DNA of 60,000 nt, from the NCBI GenBank assembly GCA_028534125.1, contig CM052817.1:17548001-17608000 (forward strand), written 5' to 3'. The translations under genes were made by a program, and so were the position numbers. Under the pieces are notes generated by a model. It ran no database searches, had not been told where the DNA came from, and was given only the letters and a program-made list of their open reading frames with translations. Below are positions 11,426-22,718 of the stretch, piece by piece (within the stretch, counting starts at the first letter, position 1; each line of letters begins with the position of its first letter). The DNA is from Lama glama. Its lineage: Eukaryota.

Positions 11426-13029
11426 TGTGGCCAATATCTTGACCTCTGTACAAAATACAAAGTTGGCATGAGACATAAGAAGGACCACCGCCCCTTCATG
11501 CCACCGCTCCCCGAGAGGAAATAGACCAGATAGTTGTAGAAGCCATTTCTAGACCCACAAGTTACTGACTCAACAAAATAAGGTTTTTCCAACACTATTA
11601 AATATCCAAGAAGCTATCCAAATGTTTTTATGTGCCTTTGAACATTCCTTCTCCTTGACCTTAAAGGCTTTCTTAAACTTATCAGCTCCTCCATCTGAAG
11701 GCCTGCCATGGCCTTTCTATTATTATCTCCAATTTCTGGGGTGGGAGTGGTGGGTAAACTGTAAACTGAGGTGCAGGGGAACTATGGGATCATCTAAATG
11801 GAAGACTATTCCACTGTTAGAATATGGCACACCCAAATGCCTGCTGTACACAAAAGCTATTTATAATAAGTCTGATTTTCAACTTGGATTTACAGTGAAA
11901 TTTGAAACAGAAAGAGCAAAATTCCAGATTGAAGAAAAATTACAGCTGGATAAATAATTTTAAAATAAGAAAACCAAGAAAGCCTTCCAAGTAGTTACTC
12001 AATTTGGGAATTTAAGGAAGGCAGAAGTTTGTGTCCAAGAGGAAACTGCTTTGGGGACATAGAAGAATGGAAATTCCTGCCTTCAGCCTATTTTTGTAGC
12101 CCTGTCTTCAGCCACACACACACATCTGAATTAGAGAAGGCATTCCTCTCCGCTGCTTCCAATAAGGCACACGCCAGCAGAGGCCTCTGGTCACACCATG
12201 GACAAGCGTAGGCAAAAGCTTCCAGTGGTGAGAGTTTGTGGACTGGAGATATTAATTTGCCCCTGGCTGTTGGCCCCAAGCAAACCTTCCTGCCTGCCTG
12301 CTTATGCCTCCAATGTGCACACAGCATGTAGCTCCAGGTCATTCAGGAGCTGCGTGTTTTAGCAGGAGTCGTCATACGTACAGTGGATAGAAATCCTCTC
12401 CCTGGACCCTTCTTACTTTTCTGAAGCGGGAAGAAGCTTTGAATTCATGGTTAATAACTGCCCAGCATAGTCATTTGCTATCTGGAGGCAACAGAGTTTA
12501 ACTATGTGATAGCAAACACGTGGGATGGATCAACACTGCCACACCTCACTCACCTTCCTAGGGCAGACATTACTAGCCCAGCAGAGCCCTCTTTGAGCAA
12601 AGACTGAACTTCAGAGAATCCTTCTCAACCCAACAGTCCAGGCTGCCATCACCAATTAGAGTTGGCAAGTGGTTTTAAACTTATTTGCTAGCCCCATGGT
12701 AGAGAGAAAGAAAGAAAAAAAGAAGAGCAGAAAGGAAAGTAACATTTACTAAGCACCGAGTACCACGTAGTGGCATATTGGAGGGCGGGGAAGTCTGCCC
12801 CGAGGAGAGGGGTGTATATATCACTGTAGTGATAATAAAAACCAGACTGTCACCGGCTTTATATTGTGCTTAACTTCTCCGCAGACAATGCACCCCTTAT
12901 GGTCTGCACCCTGGCTGGACTGCTCCCACTCCCCCACCCCCCGCCGTGCACAGCTAGAATCATGAACCACCAGTGACCTTTCCGCAGAGCTTGCCTCTGA
13001 GAACCACCTGGTGAGGCAGCAAGGAACTG

Positions 13030-13200
13030 GGATCAGAGGAGCCATCCTTTCATCCCTGTTCTGCACGTCATTGTGGGCGAACTGCACTTCAGTTTCCTCA
13101 TTTGTAAAGTGCGGACAACAAAGCTGTCTCTTTCTTAGTGTGTGTAACAAGGGTTAGCAGTTATGCAATTGTGAAAGAACACAGAGCCTCGCATACAGGG
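13030..13200 (+). mobile_element. MIR fragment
   Basis: CTTCAGTTTCCTCATTTGTAAAGTG core. Confidence 0.65.
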
Positions 13201-13316
13201 GGCATTTTTAAAAATCAGAGTTTCTTTTTTTCTTAAGTTACCCACTGAACTGGACTGCGCTTACCTGACTTTTAGGTCATTATGGTAATAGTTAAAACAA
13301 TTCATAACATACCAAA

Positions 13317-13507
13317 TAAAGCTGTCAGATTTAGGGAAAAAAAAGATACCAAGTTCAATTTGAATTTCAGATTAAAAAAATAAATATTTTCAGTATAAGT
13401 ATTTCTTAAATATTGCATAGGGCATACTAATATGAAAAAATTATTCATTTCTTTAAATCTGAAATTCAAATTGAACTTGCTGTCCTATATTTTATCTGGC
13501 AACACTA
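13317..13507. mobile_element. MER53 palindromic hAT MITE
   Basis: TGTCAGATTTAG...TTTGAATTTCAGAT...AGTATAAGTAT..AAATATTGCATAGGGCATACT...ATCTGAAATTCAAAT...TTTTATCTGGCAACACTA. Confidence 0.9.
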
Positions 13508-13591
13508 ACATCAAATCTGGAGGTGTGGGGTGAATAGAGAATAACTCTTCTGAGATAAAAATGTCATACTGGAAGGAATGCTTCTTGAAGT

Positions 13592-14187
13592 GGATGATTT
13601 TCAAACTTCCTTCAACCACGTTCTACAGCAAGAAGTACATTTTGCCTCCTAATTCAATACACACATACAGATGTCAATTAACTGAAATAAACACTTCATG
13701 AAAACTTTTCTGTGCACAGTGCAGTCTGGCATTTTCTATCTTCTTCATCCTACCAGGTTCTAATTCTTTTCTTTTTTTTTTTTTAATTCCTGATCCAACC
13801 TCACTTCATTGATTTCCTGACCCCCTAAGGTAGAGGTCAGCAAACTATAGCTCAAGGGCCAAATCGACCCAGCCACCTGTTCTGTGTATGGCCAGTAGGC
13901 AAAGAAAGGTTTTTATATTTTTTAAATGGCTGGAAAATATCAAAAGAAGAATGCTATTTTATGACGTGAGAATTATATGAAATTAAAACTTCACTGTCCA
14001 TAAATAAAATTTTATTGTTACCCAGCCACACTCGCTGATTTATGCATTGTCGATGATCACTTTCTCATTATTATGACCGTTTAGAGCTGTGTGTTGAATA
14101 TGACCCACAAAGCCTTAAACACTAATTTGTCCCTTTACTCCTGTTCGAATGGCCTAATGGTTTGCAACCTGCAGTTTGAAATGCTTT
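13592..14187 (-). mobile_element. MER103C-like hAT-Charlie element interrupted by MER58B
   Basis: TTCAAACTT...AAGAAGTACATTTT...ACTGAAATAAACACTTCATGAAA...ATTGATTTCCTGACCC, resuming at CTAATGGTTTGCAACCTGCAGTTTGAAA. Confidence 0.65.
13831..14150 (+). mobile_element. MER58B hAT-Charlie DNA transposon
   Basis: TAGAGGTCAGCAAACTATAGCTCAAGGGCCAAATC...AAATGGCTGGAAAATATCAAAAGAAGAATG...TGTCCATAAATAAAATTTTATTG. Confidence 0.85.
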
Positions 14188-14844
14188 GCTCTAAACAGGT
14201 GTCTTCAAAGTATCTATTTCTATTCATGTGTGTGAATCTCTGGTCAACCTGCTTCTTCTTGGTTCCTCATAAGATAAACCCCAATGAACAGACTCTGGCC
14301 AGGAAACTTATTTTTGGCTGCCCTAAGAGAAGGGCTGGATTCGGTCAAGGCTCAGACTTAGAAAGAGTTGAGAGGGTTCACCTACCATGAAGCCCAGTCA
14401 CCTGCGTCATCGAGTGCTCCCAGAGAAAGGAAGGTTACAGAGAAGCTGGAGAACAGAACATCCAGCTCTTGACCTGGAACCATGTGAGTTCTTGACTCTA
14501 GCACAGCGTTTAGAGCTTCCAGTGTGAAGGTTTGTGATTTGCAGGGCCAAGTGTAGTGGAATCTAAAGGCTGACCACCTAATAACATCAAGTGTATACTA
14601 TACACAAGAAAATGGAGAGAGAAGAGAGACTGGTCACTCTGGCTAGAGAGAGAGGCAAGGGAGAGACTAGGGGCTGACCCATCCCTGAGGGGCCCAGTCC
14701 CTCGCCTTCTCTCTCACCTGTGATTTTCAGGGGTGTGAATAATAAATCCCTGAGACAGACATAGGGGGCACCAAGATCTGGGAAGATTTGTGCTTTGCTC
14801 TCTGCGAGATGCCTGGAGCGAGGGAGGACCTCACAGATAAGTAT

Positions 14845-15043
14845 CAGCAGTCCGCAAACCACAGCCCCAGGGCTAACATCAGTGCGCTACCTACTTTTGT
14901 AAATAAAATTTTATTGGAACAGAGCCATGCCCGCTCATTCGCAAAGGGTCTGTGGCTGCTTTTGTGTGACGACGGCAGAGTTGAGGACTTGCCTAACATG
15001 CTTACTATCTGGCCCTTTGCAGGACCTAGTTTGTCAGCTCCTG
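14845..15043 (+). mobile_element. MER58A DNA transposon
   Basis: CAGCAGTCCGCAAACCACAGCC...TTTTGTAAATAAAATTTTATTGGAACAGAGCCATGCC...TACTATCTGGCCCTTTGCAG. Confidence 0.85.
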
Positions 15044-15049
15044 TTCTGT

Positions 15050-15630
15050 GTGCTATGAAATAGTGGAGAAGACAAGACACCAGAGCAATGCAAGCAGAGG
15101 GGCCCTGAGAAAGCCCTCTGGCCCACAGCCAGAAACATATGGGAGAGCATCTAAAAGTTCCCCTTGCTCCCCACTTTCCCCTAAATGGGCACACAATGGC
15201 CGACCCAAGCAGGGCTTGAAGTTGGGACAAGGAGGATACGTTTGAGATGCCAAACTTTTCAACAACTGAGACCTGGATGCCAAGTATGGCTACTAGGGGC
15301 CTGTATGAATAGATGCCAGCGGGCAAAGACCAGACCTGCACCGGACCAAAGATGCCATGGACTGGCCACCCCCACCCCTTCCTCAGGGAAGGGTCCCCCA
15401 GCACCCAGTATTTACACTGAAACAATCCCCAGCTTCCAAGATCTTAGCTGCAACCCCAAGAAGAAGGGAAGGGGAGGAAATGTTGAATTAAGCCACTGAA
15501 ACCCGACATAAGTGAATGAACACCAGAGAGATTTGACTCTGGAAGTCCCTAGATATTAAGTTTCCTGCCACTAGCAGAATGTGGCCTTACACTAGAAATT
15601 AGGTTACAGAAAAACAAAAAGAGTTACACT
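15050..15630 (+). mobile_element. Possible ancient mammalian Gypsy-type LTR (MamGypLTR-like)
   Basis: The end AAGTTTCCTGCCACTAGCAGAATG...AGAAATTAGGTTACAGAAAAACAAAAAGAGTTACA resembles recalled MamGypLTR 3' ends. Not verified. Confidence 0.35.
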
Positions 15631-15859
15631 CCGTGAACAGCAGAAGAACAGGAAACCGACTTTGCTGCTTCAGGAAGCTGGAACTTCATTCACAGCAATT
15701 CAGGAGACCGCAGCAGTCAGGTGCCCACAGCTCGTGGCTCAGTGACTCTATACTGAATTCTTTTTCCTTCTACTTCTTCCTAGGATAAGACCATTTAAAC
15801 TGGTCCCAATCTCCCAGAGATTTTCCCCATCCTACCTTCAACTTTAGAGAGAAATCCTG

Positions 15860-15893
15860 TGCAAGCTTACGTTTTCACCAGTAGGTGGTGCTA
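15860..15893 (+). promoter_or_regulatory. CTCF binding motif (core + upstream module)
   Basis: Core TCACCAGTAGGTGGTGCTA (15875-15893), with TGCAAG starting 18 nt upstream of the core CC. Confidence 0.6.
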
Positions 15894-16059
15894 ACATGGA
15901 GAGTGTTGGTCCTCATTATCTGATGATGAATTAGCCAGACACTAATTAAAGTTCCCTTCATTGACTCTTTCCTCTACCACACATTTGCTCTGGTCTAATT
16001 GAACCTTGTTATTAAGTAGGCCCTGAGTGGTTTTACCCCAGGCTAACTCGCCCTCTCCA

Positions 16060-16205
16060 GAGTGCTACATTGGAAAGAATTCGAGTCAGGAAACACGCAA
16101 TATGAATTTGGGCTTTCCCACTAACGAGATGAACTGGCCAAGTCACTTAATCTTTCTAAATCTTAGGATCTTCATCTTTAAAATCCATGAGTTGGACTTG
16201 AGTTG
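16060..16205 (+). mobile_element. MIR3/MIRc fragment
   Basis: GGCCAAGTCACTTAATCTTTCT...TTCATCTTTAAAAT...GTTGGACT. Confidence 0.65.
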
Positions 16206-16239
16206 AAGCCTTGTTTTCCACGTTTGAAAATCAATTTGA

Positions 16240-16504
16240 CAACCATCGTGAGACAGTGCTTTTCACCCATCAAATTAATAAATTTTAAGAAAAACTCAAG
16301 CTTTCAAGAAAAAGGCACTTTGACACATTGCTGTGGGGAATGTAAACTGGTACAGACCTTCTGGAAGGCAATTCAGGAATGAGTAGCAAAAGCCTTAAAA
16401 ATGTACATACGCTTTGCCCACCAATTCCTCAGCTAGGAATTAATCTTAAAGAAATAAACACAGACATGTGCAAAGACATAGCTAAAAGAATGTCAATAAA
16501 GCAG
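16240..16504 (+). mobile_element. Ancient L1ME ORF2-end fragment
   Basis: CACATTGCTGTGGGGAATGTAAACTGGTACAGACCTTCTGGAAGGCAATT...AGCCTTAAAAATGTACATAC. Confidence 0.75.
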
Positions 16505-16647
16505 GGCATTTTTGCTTCTCTGGGGGCTAAGTGTATCTTTGTGAACTAGTTTCTGAACCTTTATATCATCCTTAGCACTACATTACGATACACGTGTAAG
16601 GCAATAAAGTGTTTAATCGTATAAACAGAGACAGAAGTAGAGCCTAG

Positions 16648-16878
16648 GATTTCTTGAATGTTTTTATGTGCCAGGCACCATGCTAGAGAGGTTTGTGGGG
16701 GGGGGAGTAGTTAGGTTTATTTATTTATTTTGATGGAGGTGCTACATGTGTGCTCTACCACTGAGCTATAACTTCCTCCTAGAGAGTAAGTTCTTTCTCT
16801 AAATATTCTTACACTAACCTTGTGCAAAAGGTATTATTAATCCTATTTTATACACAGAGAGTCTGAGGCTCAGACAGG
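16648..16878 (-). mobile_element. MIR interrupted by a Vic-1 SINE
   Basis: TATGTGCCAGGCACCATGCTA ... GGTATTATTAATCCTATTTTATA...CTGAGGCTCAGA. Confidence 0.75.
16691..16778 (-). mobile_element. Vic-1-type tRNA-derived SINE with internal deletion
   Basis: TAGGTTTATTTATTTATTT..ATGGAGGT..GCTCTACCACTGAGCTATA. TSD CTAGAGAG (16683-16690 / 16779-16786). Confidence 0.85.
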
Positions 16879-18305
16879 CTTCTTTCCAGACATGCAATGC
16901 TTGTACCTGGAGGAAGAAATGTCTCTTCTGCTTTATAAAGACCAAGTTCCCTGGGGGCTGAAGGAAAACTTGCCCTGTGATGGGGGTAAAGGGAGAGGGA
17001 TTCAGTGTATATGTGGACTTTGATCATGTCTGAGAATTGGATCTGGGCTCTGTTCAGAGACTTTAAGGAAGGATTGTAATTTCAAAGATTCTCACAATTC
17101 TTTGTGCTGCTAAAATCGAAACTCAAGTTGGTCTGTGGGGGCTAGGGCGTTCTTGTTGGGAAAAAGCACTGAATTGGGCTTTTATCTGTACAAAAGGAAA
17201 TTCCATTCTGGACTGGGAAAGTCTGGACAAGGGACCCTCACGTTCTGTGTATACCAAAGTAGAAAGAGTGGGGAATTGTTCCGATATTGATGGATTTGGG
17301 GCTTCCTCTGGTGGGAGGGAGGGAAGAGGATATTGGGTCTCACCATTGGGGATGAAAGACACAGTCAAGTGGACCCTCGTGTAGAGGTGAGGAGGGAACA
17401 GGCTGGACTCTGCAATATGCTGGGAGCCTGAAAATCAAGGAAGACTGGCAGGGACTGTGTGGCATGCGATATGGCTCAGGAACTTGGGTGTGGTCATGGC
17501 TGGCTCTGAGCTTGAATTTCCCTTATGTGCACTGAAATTCCTTCATATTTTAAGTCAAGCCAGAAAGCCTCATGTTAACATTGCCTTGGAGGTGAAGGGA
17601 GGCGCTGAGTCTATTGGGGTCAGGGACACCATTCAGATGGTAACCACCAGGACTGTGTCTGAAGTCCTTGGCAGAGCCCTGGGTTTCCTGGAGTCTTACA
17701 GCTTGGAAGCTGGAGTTATTTTATCTGCATATTTTTTAAAAGGGTGACCCTGAAGGCTGTAGTAAACTCGGGGACATGTGAGTTCTGTCGTTCCTCTGTT
17801 TCAGGGAAGGAGACTTGCGCTGGTTGACAGGACAGCTGGAGCCATGTAGCGGGATGCCTTTTAACAGGGTTCACCTGTTGTGGGGCCTCGGCCTGACCAC
17901 AGGCACTTGGCTGCTGGCTGCAGACTAGGTGATTACAGCATTAGATCATGCTTATAATGGGAAAAAGGCTTCTCCTCTCCGGCTGACTAATCAGCTTGCC
18001 ATTTTTATTGCACGATCAGTATCTAGAGACAGTGATTCTGAACTCTGTCAGCGTCCCGAGTGTACACCGGCCTGACAGAAAGAATAGCTATATTAGCAAA
18101 GAGAGCAGGTGGAGGGATTTGCAGAGTTGCTAAGAAGGTCAAGACAGCTTGGTTTCTGGAGGCACAGGAAAAGGCTGCCGCTCCCACTAGAACAAGACGG
18201 GTTACTATGAGAGAGCTCCCATGCGCCAAGCCCTCCATAGGCACTGCGCATTTGCCTTTTTCTTCTTATTTTAATGTCAAAAGTATTTCATGCTCATCTT
18301 CAATC

Positions 18306-18771
18306 TGTTTTAGTTTCCTAGGGCTGCCGTACAAATTACCCCAAACTTGGTGGCCTAGAACAGCAGGATATTATTCCCTCCCTGTTCTGGAGTTTAAGCG
18401 ACCAAAATCAAGGTGTTGGCAGGGCCATGCTCCCTCTGGAGACTCTCGGGGAGAAGTGTTCTCACCTCTTCCGGCTCCTGGGGACTCCAAGGACTCCAAG
18501 GAAACCCTTGGAGTTCCTTGGCTTGTAGCTACATCACTCCAATCGCTGTCCCCATCTTCACATGGCCTTCTCTTCTCCTTCCGTGTGTCTCATATAAGGG
18601 TGCTTGTCATTGGATTTAGGGTCCACCTGCACAATCCAGGATGGTCACATCTTGAGATGCTTCACTTAATTACATCTGCAATGATCTTTGCCAAATAAGG
18701 TCACATTAAAAGGTACTACAGGTTAGGATGCAGACATTTCTTTTCGGGGGGCCACCATTTGAGCCACTACA
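18306..18771 (-). mobile_element. MaLR solo LTR (MLT1C-like)
   Basis: TGTTTTAGTTTCCTAGGGCTGCCGTACAAATTACCCCAAACTTGGTGGC...AATTACATCTGCA...CCACTACA. Confidence 0.9.
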
Positions 18772-19039
18772 ATAATTAACGGAAGAATTCAAAGATGGGG
18801 ATAAGGAAGGGACAACGCTTTGGAAAACTTTGCAGTGTATTTTCCACTTTCAATAGTCTCCTTTCTCTTCCTGCAGCTCATCCTCATTTTTTTGCCTCAG
18901 GAAAAGGAGGGCAAATACCATAAAACAGAATCAAAGGAGGATAAAGGGGTAAAGGGATAACACAGGATGGAAGGACAGAAAGGGAAGGGCACCCTCCCTC
19001 TCCCAGGAGAGGTAAGAAGAGATGAGGGGAGGAGGAAGG

Positions 19040-19359
19040 CCCTCTGAGAGCTCTAGGGAAGAACACTTCCCTGCCTCCTCTGAGCTGCTGCTGCCACTTG
19101 CCAGCAATTTTTGGCCTTCCTCGGGTAGACTCATCACTCCAATCTCTGCCTCTGTCATCACATGGTGTTCTCCCTGTGTACCTGTGTCCAAATTTTTCTC
19201 TTCTTAGATGTATGCCAGTCACTGGATTAGGGCCCACATTAATCCAGTATGACCTCATCTTAACCTGATTACATCTGCAGAGACACTTTTTCTAATAAGG
19301 TCACATGTGCTGGTTCTGGGTGGACATAAATTTGAAGGGCTACTATTCAACCCAGTACA
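19040..19359 (-). mobile_element. MaLR LTR fragment (MLT1B/C-like)
   Basis: ATCACTCCAATCTCTGCCTCTGTCATCACATGG...AATCCAGTATGACCTCATCTTAAC...ATTCAACCCAGTACA. Confidence 0.85.
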
Positions 19360-20000
19360 GGGGGAAGTTCTTTGGAGTCAAAGTACAACTTCTTAATAAC
19401 GCAAGTTCAAGTTCTAAAGTGCAAACGGCTTGTGTGTACAGAGCCCTGCTAATATGTCCAGGGTCCTGTGAATGTGGTGAGACAGGTGGGCACAGAGCTG
19501 GGGCTGGAATGTTGACAGTAATCTCGGGATCCATCCAGATTCTACCCCACTTCCCCGCTCAGCTCACTGAGTCACCAATCACTGCGTTCGGGTCTCCTCT
19601 CCTCAGCATCACGAGATCACTTCTTCTTCTCCAAAGATCAGGCCATCGATTTCCTCACCTGAGCAGCATCAACAGCCTCGGAGAGGAATTTCTTCACCTC
19701 CGGTCTTGCTCTCCAGTCTGTTCTGTAACTTTCAGCCCAAGTGATCTCTCCAAGTTAAAATTAAGTCCATGCAAAGCCAGCTCATTGCCTCCAGGGCACA
19801 GTCCAAGGCTGTTGGCCAGCACACCAAGTCCTCTGTGACCAGCTCCTTGCTTCCCACCCCGGCCTCAGCTCTCGCCACATCCCCCACCCTGTGTCCTGTC
19901 ATCCTGGCAGTCCTCAGGCCCCAGCATGCCCCCCAACACCTCCTTGCCTTCCGTACCTGCTCCTTCCGTCGCAAGTCTCCTTCCTTCCCTCCATTACAGG

Positions 20001-20448
20001 TATGGGGGTTGCATAGTGAACCCCGGAAAGATACCCCCATGTCCTAACTAAGGACCTAAGAATGTGACCTTATTTAGTAATAAGGTCTTTCCAGCTGTAA
20101 TTAACGATCTCAAGATGAGACCATCCTGGATTCCCTGAGTGGACCTAAAACCGACGGCAGGTGTCCATATAAAACCTGTGGCACAGAGATAGTCGGAGGG
20201 GAAGGCCATTTGAAGACAGAGGCAGAGATTAGAGAGATGCAGCCACAAGCCAAGAACTCCTAGAGCCATGAACCTGGAAGAAGCGAGGAAGGATTCTCCC
20301 CTTCCCGGAGCCTCCAGAGACAGCGCAATCTTGCCAACATCTTAATATCAGACTGCTGGCCTCCAGAACTGTGAGAGAATAAATTCCTATTGTTTCAAGT
20401 GATCCAGCTTGTGGTAATTTATTACAGCAGCCCAAGGAAACGAACACA
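20001..20448 (+). mobile_element. MaLR solo LTR (MLT1C-like)
   Basis: AATGTGACCTTATTT...GAAGACAGAGGCAGAGATT...CCTCCAGAACTGTGAGAGAATAAATTCCTATTG...ACAGCAGCCCAAGGAAACGAACACA. Confidence 0.9.
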
Positions 20449-20659
20449 CATGGGTTACCGTCAAGGTCTCCTGGAAAGCTGGGAAGGTGGCTGATGTCAC
20501 GAGGGTACCTAGCTAAGAGGGTGAGTAGGGACAAAAGCCAGCTCACACTTGACCAGCCAAGCCGTGTGCCCTGCATGAAACTGCCTCTTGCCAGAAGTGG
20601 CACTTTTCTCTTGTTCACCCAGAGGCACCCATTGAGCCAGCAGCAGCCCTACTTCTTAG

Positions 20660-20900
20660 GTGTTCTTCAGGGTTCTGCTCAGGGGCTATTCCTGCAGGAA
20701 GCCTTCCCTGATTCACACAGCCTCCCTCAGACCAGCTGGGCCCCTTCACCTGCTTCAGCAGCACCTGATCATATGTTTGTCCTGCAGGAGGACAGGAGTG
20801 TGTTCACATTTCTGTCCCCTCCCCTAAATCTAGGAAGCGAGGATGTCCTTATTCATCTCTTTCCCCTATATCTACCCCATAATAGGTGCTCAAAGGAGAC
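20660..20900 (+). mobile_element. L2 3' fragment
   Basis: GGAAGCCTTCCCTGA...TTATTCATCTCT...AATAGGTGCTCAA. Confidence 0.55.
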
Positions 20901-22718
20901 ATTCAGCCTAAGTGAGCAGGAGCACTCAATGGGGCTTTAGTAAGCTTGAGGCAGTGAGAAGTCACGGTCAGCAGGGGTGGAGCGGGATGCTGTTCCCAAA
21001 GGGTCCCGAATAAAGGCAATTTCATGCACATCACGAATTTTGCCTAAACTAGCCATCAAACAGAACTGAAAACCAGACTTAAACGGAGAGCATCACCAGG
21101 ACATTAACATTTTACAGATGCCATATCTGATCTTGTGTCTTTATCTTTCCCTTAATTGAGGCATCAGTGCCTAAGGATGTTTCCATTTGGGCCAAACACG
21201 TGCTCTACACGTCCAAGGGGACCCCATACTGCATTCCATGCAGACTCACACATGAGCTCATGCAAGTCCCAGGGTGCTCATCTGGTCCAGATTTGAAGGA
21301 AACTATTTAGCTGGATGAAGAAAAGCACATCATGTATCAAGTTAATACCAAACAGATTTTATGACACACTGAAACTGATTTTGATAATCTACTAATATAT
21401 CAGAAGGGCTAATGAACTAAAAAAGAACCAGCTAATCATCACATCTTTGAGACCTGGACAATGTTTATGTGGGCTGCAGGGATGACAGAAAGACAAAAAG
21501 ATGCAGGGAGCTTTAGGGAAATTATCCAAAGGGTCCCACGAGAAGCAATCTTGTTTCTTGTAGCAAGAGGTGTATTTTGCCAATTTATGAACATAGGCAA
21601 TTTTTTTTTTCTGGCTCAAAGTCAGGGTGGACTTTTCTAGAGATGAAAAAGGACCGTGGCCTGGCTGTTCTCATCCTTGCTAAGCATGGTGGCCATGGAT
21701 GCTACTGAGGGAGGGAGTCAAAGCTTGGTCATCTCGCTTGGGAATATCTCAGCCCATTGGTGGTTTCCTCGTCGGTGTGAGCTGCCCTCTCAACTACCAC
21801 TCAACCACAACAGAAAAATGGGGGGAAATGGGGATTACAGTGAAAAATTAGCAAAGAATTTTTGGCTGCTAGCAGAAAACCAACTGCAGTTGGCATATGG
21901 AAAAAGATAATTGGATAATTGTAAGCAAAGATATTGGAGAGATTAATCCAATGAAATGGAGAATCAACATACCTTGGGAAAGGCAAGGACCGTGACAATT
22001 CAGTGTCCTCAGCAGCGGGAGCTGCCATTCATGGGACAACTTCAAGTTCTGAGTGATCAGTTCTGGGAGGAGAGAAGCTGATTGCTCAGCTTGGGTTGGA
22101 CTGGCACGGATTACTCTGCTAAGAGCAGGGGCAGGTGGTCCTCAGGCAGGGTGATCTCTGTAAGCCAGCGACCAGTGGAATCAGTATCTACCTACCCAAA
22201 GAACACGTTAAGAAGGTTTTAAGGCATATGGGAATTTTAAGTTTCTATGTCTGCTTGCATTTTTTAGTGCAGAGTGTTCAGCTGGGTGTTTGGGGAAGAA
22301 GCTGGTATTGTCCCTGGATGGGGGATGGTATTTGGAAGCTTGTGGAATTCTATTGGGCTGTCTCGCTATCTTGGGAAGGGAAGGGAGAAGAGAGAGGCAT
22401 TAATGACCTTCAGAAGGTAGGGAGCCAGAAAGCCCAACTTCTTTCAATGTCCCACTGAGAAGCACTGCATTAAAGTAATCACAGGCTGTTCCGGGCTAAA
22501 TCTGTATGAAACGCACATCTTCTAGCTGACAAAGAGAAAGGATGTCACTGTGTTTGCTTTTGTTTTGAGATAGGTCGTTGCTGTTTGGGGGTGTTTTTAT
22601 TTTATTGTATTATATATTTAACACAACCAAATCATTTTGTTGTTATTGTACAAAGAGACACATTTTCTCAAGTGCCAAGAAAGGACTGGAGGACATTTTT
22701 CAGAGTAAAACCAGCCTT

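Noticed and set aside
14844..15499. 193-aa and overlapping ORFs
   Set aside because: They run through MER58A and a probable LTR relic, with no protein similarity that I recognise.
18060..18698. 212-aa ORF
   Set aside because: It starts at GTG, two-thirds is antisense MLT1 LTR, and it has no recognisable domain.
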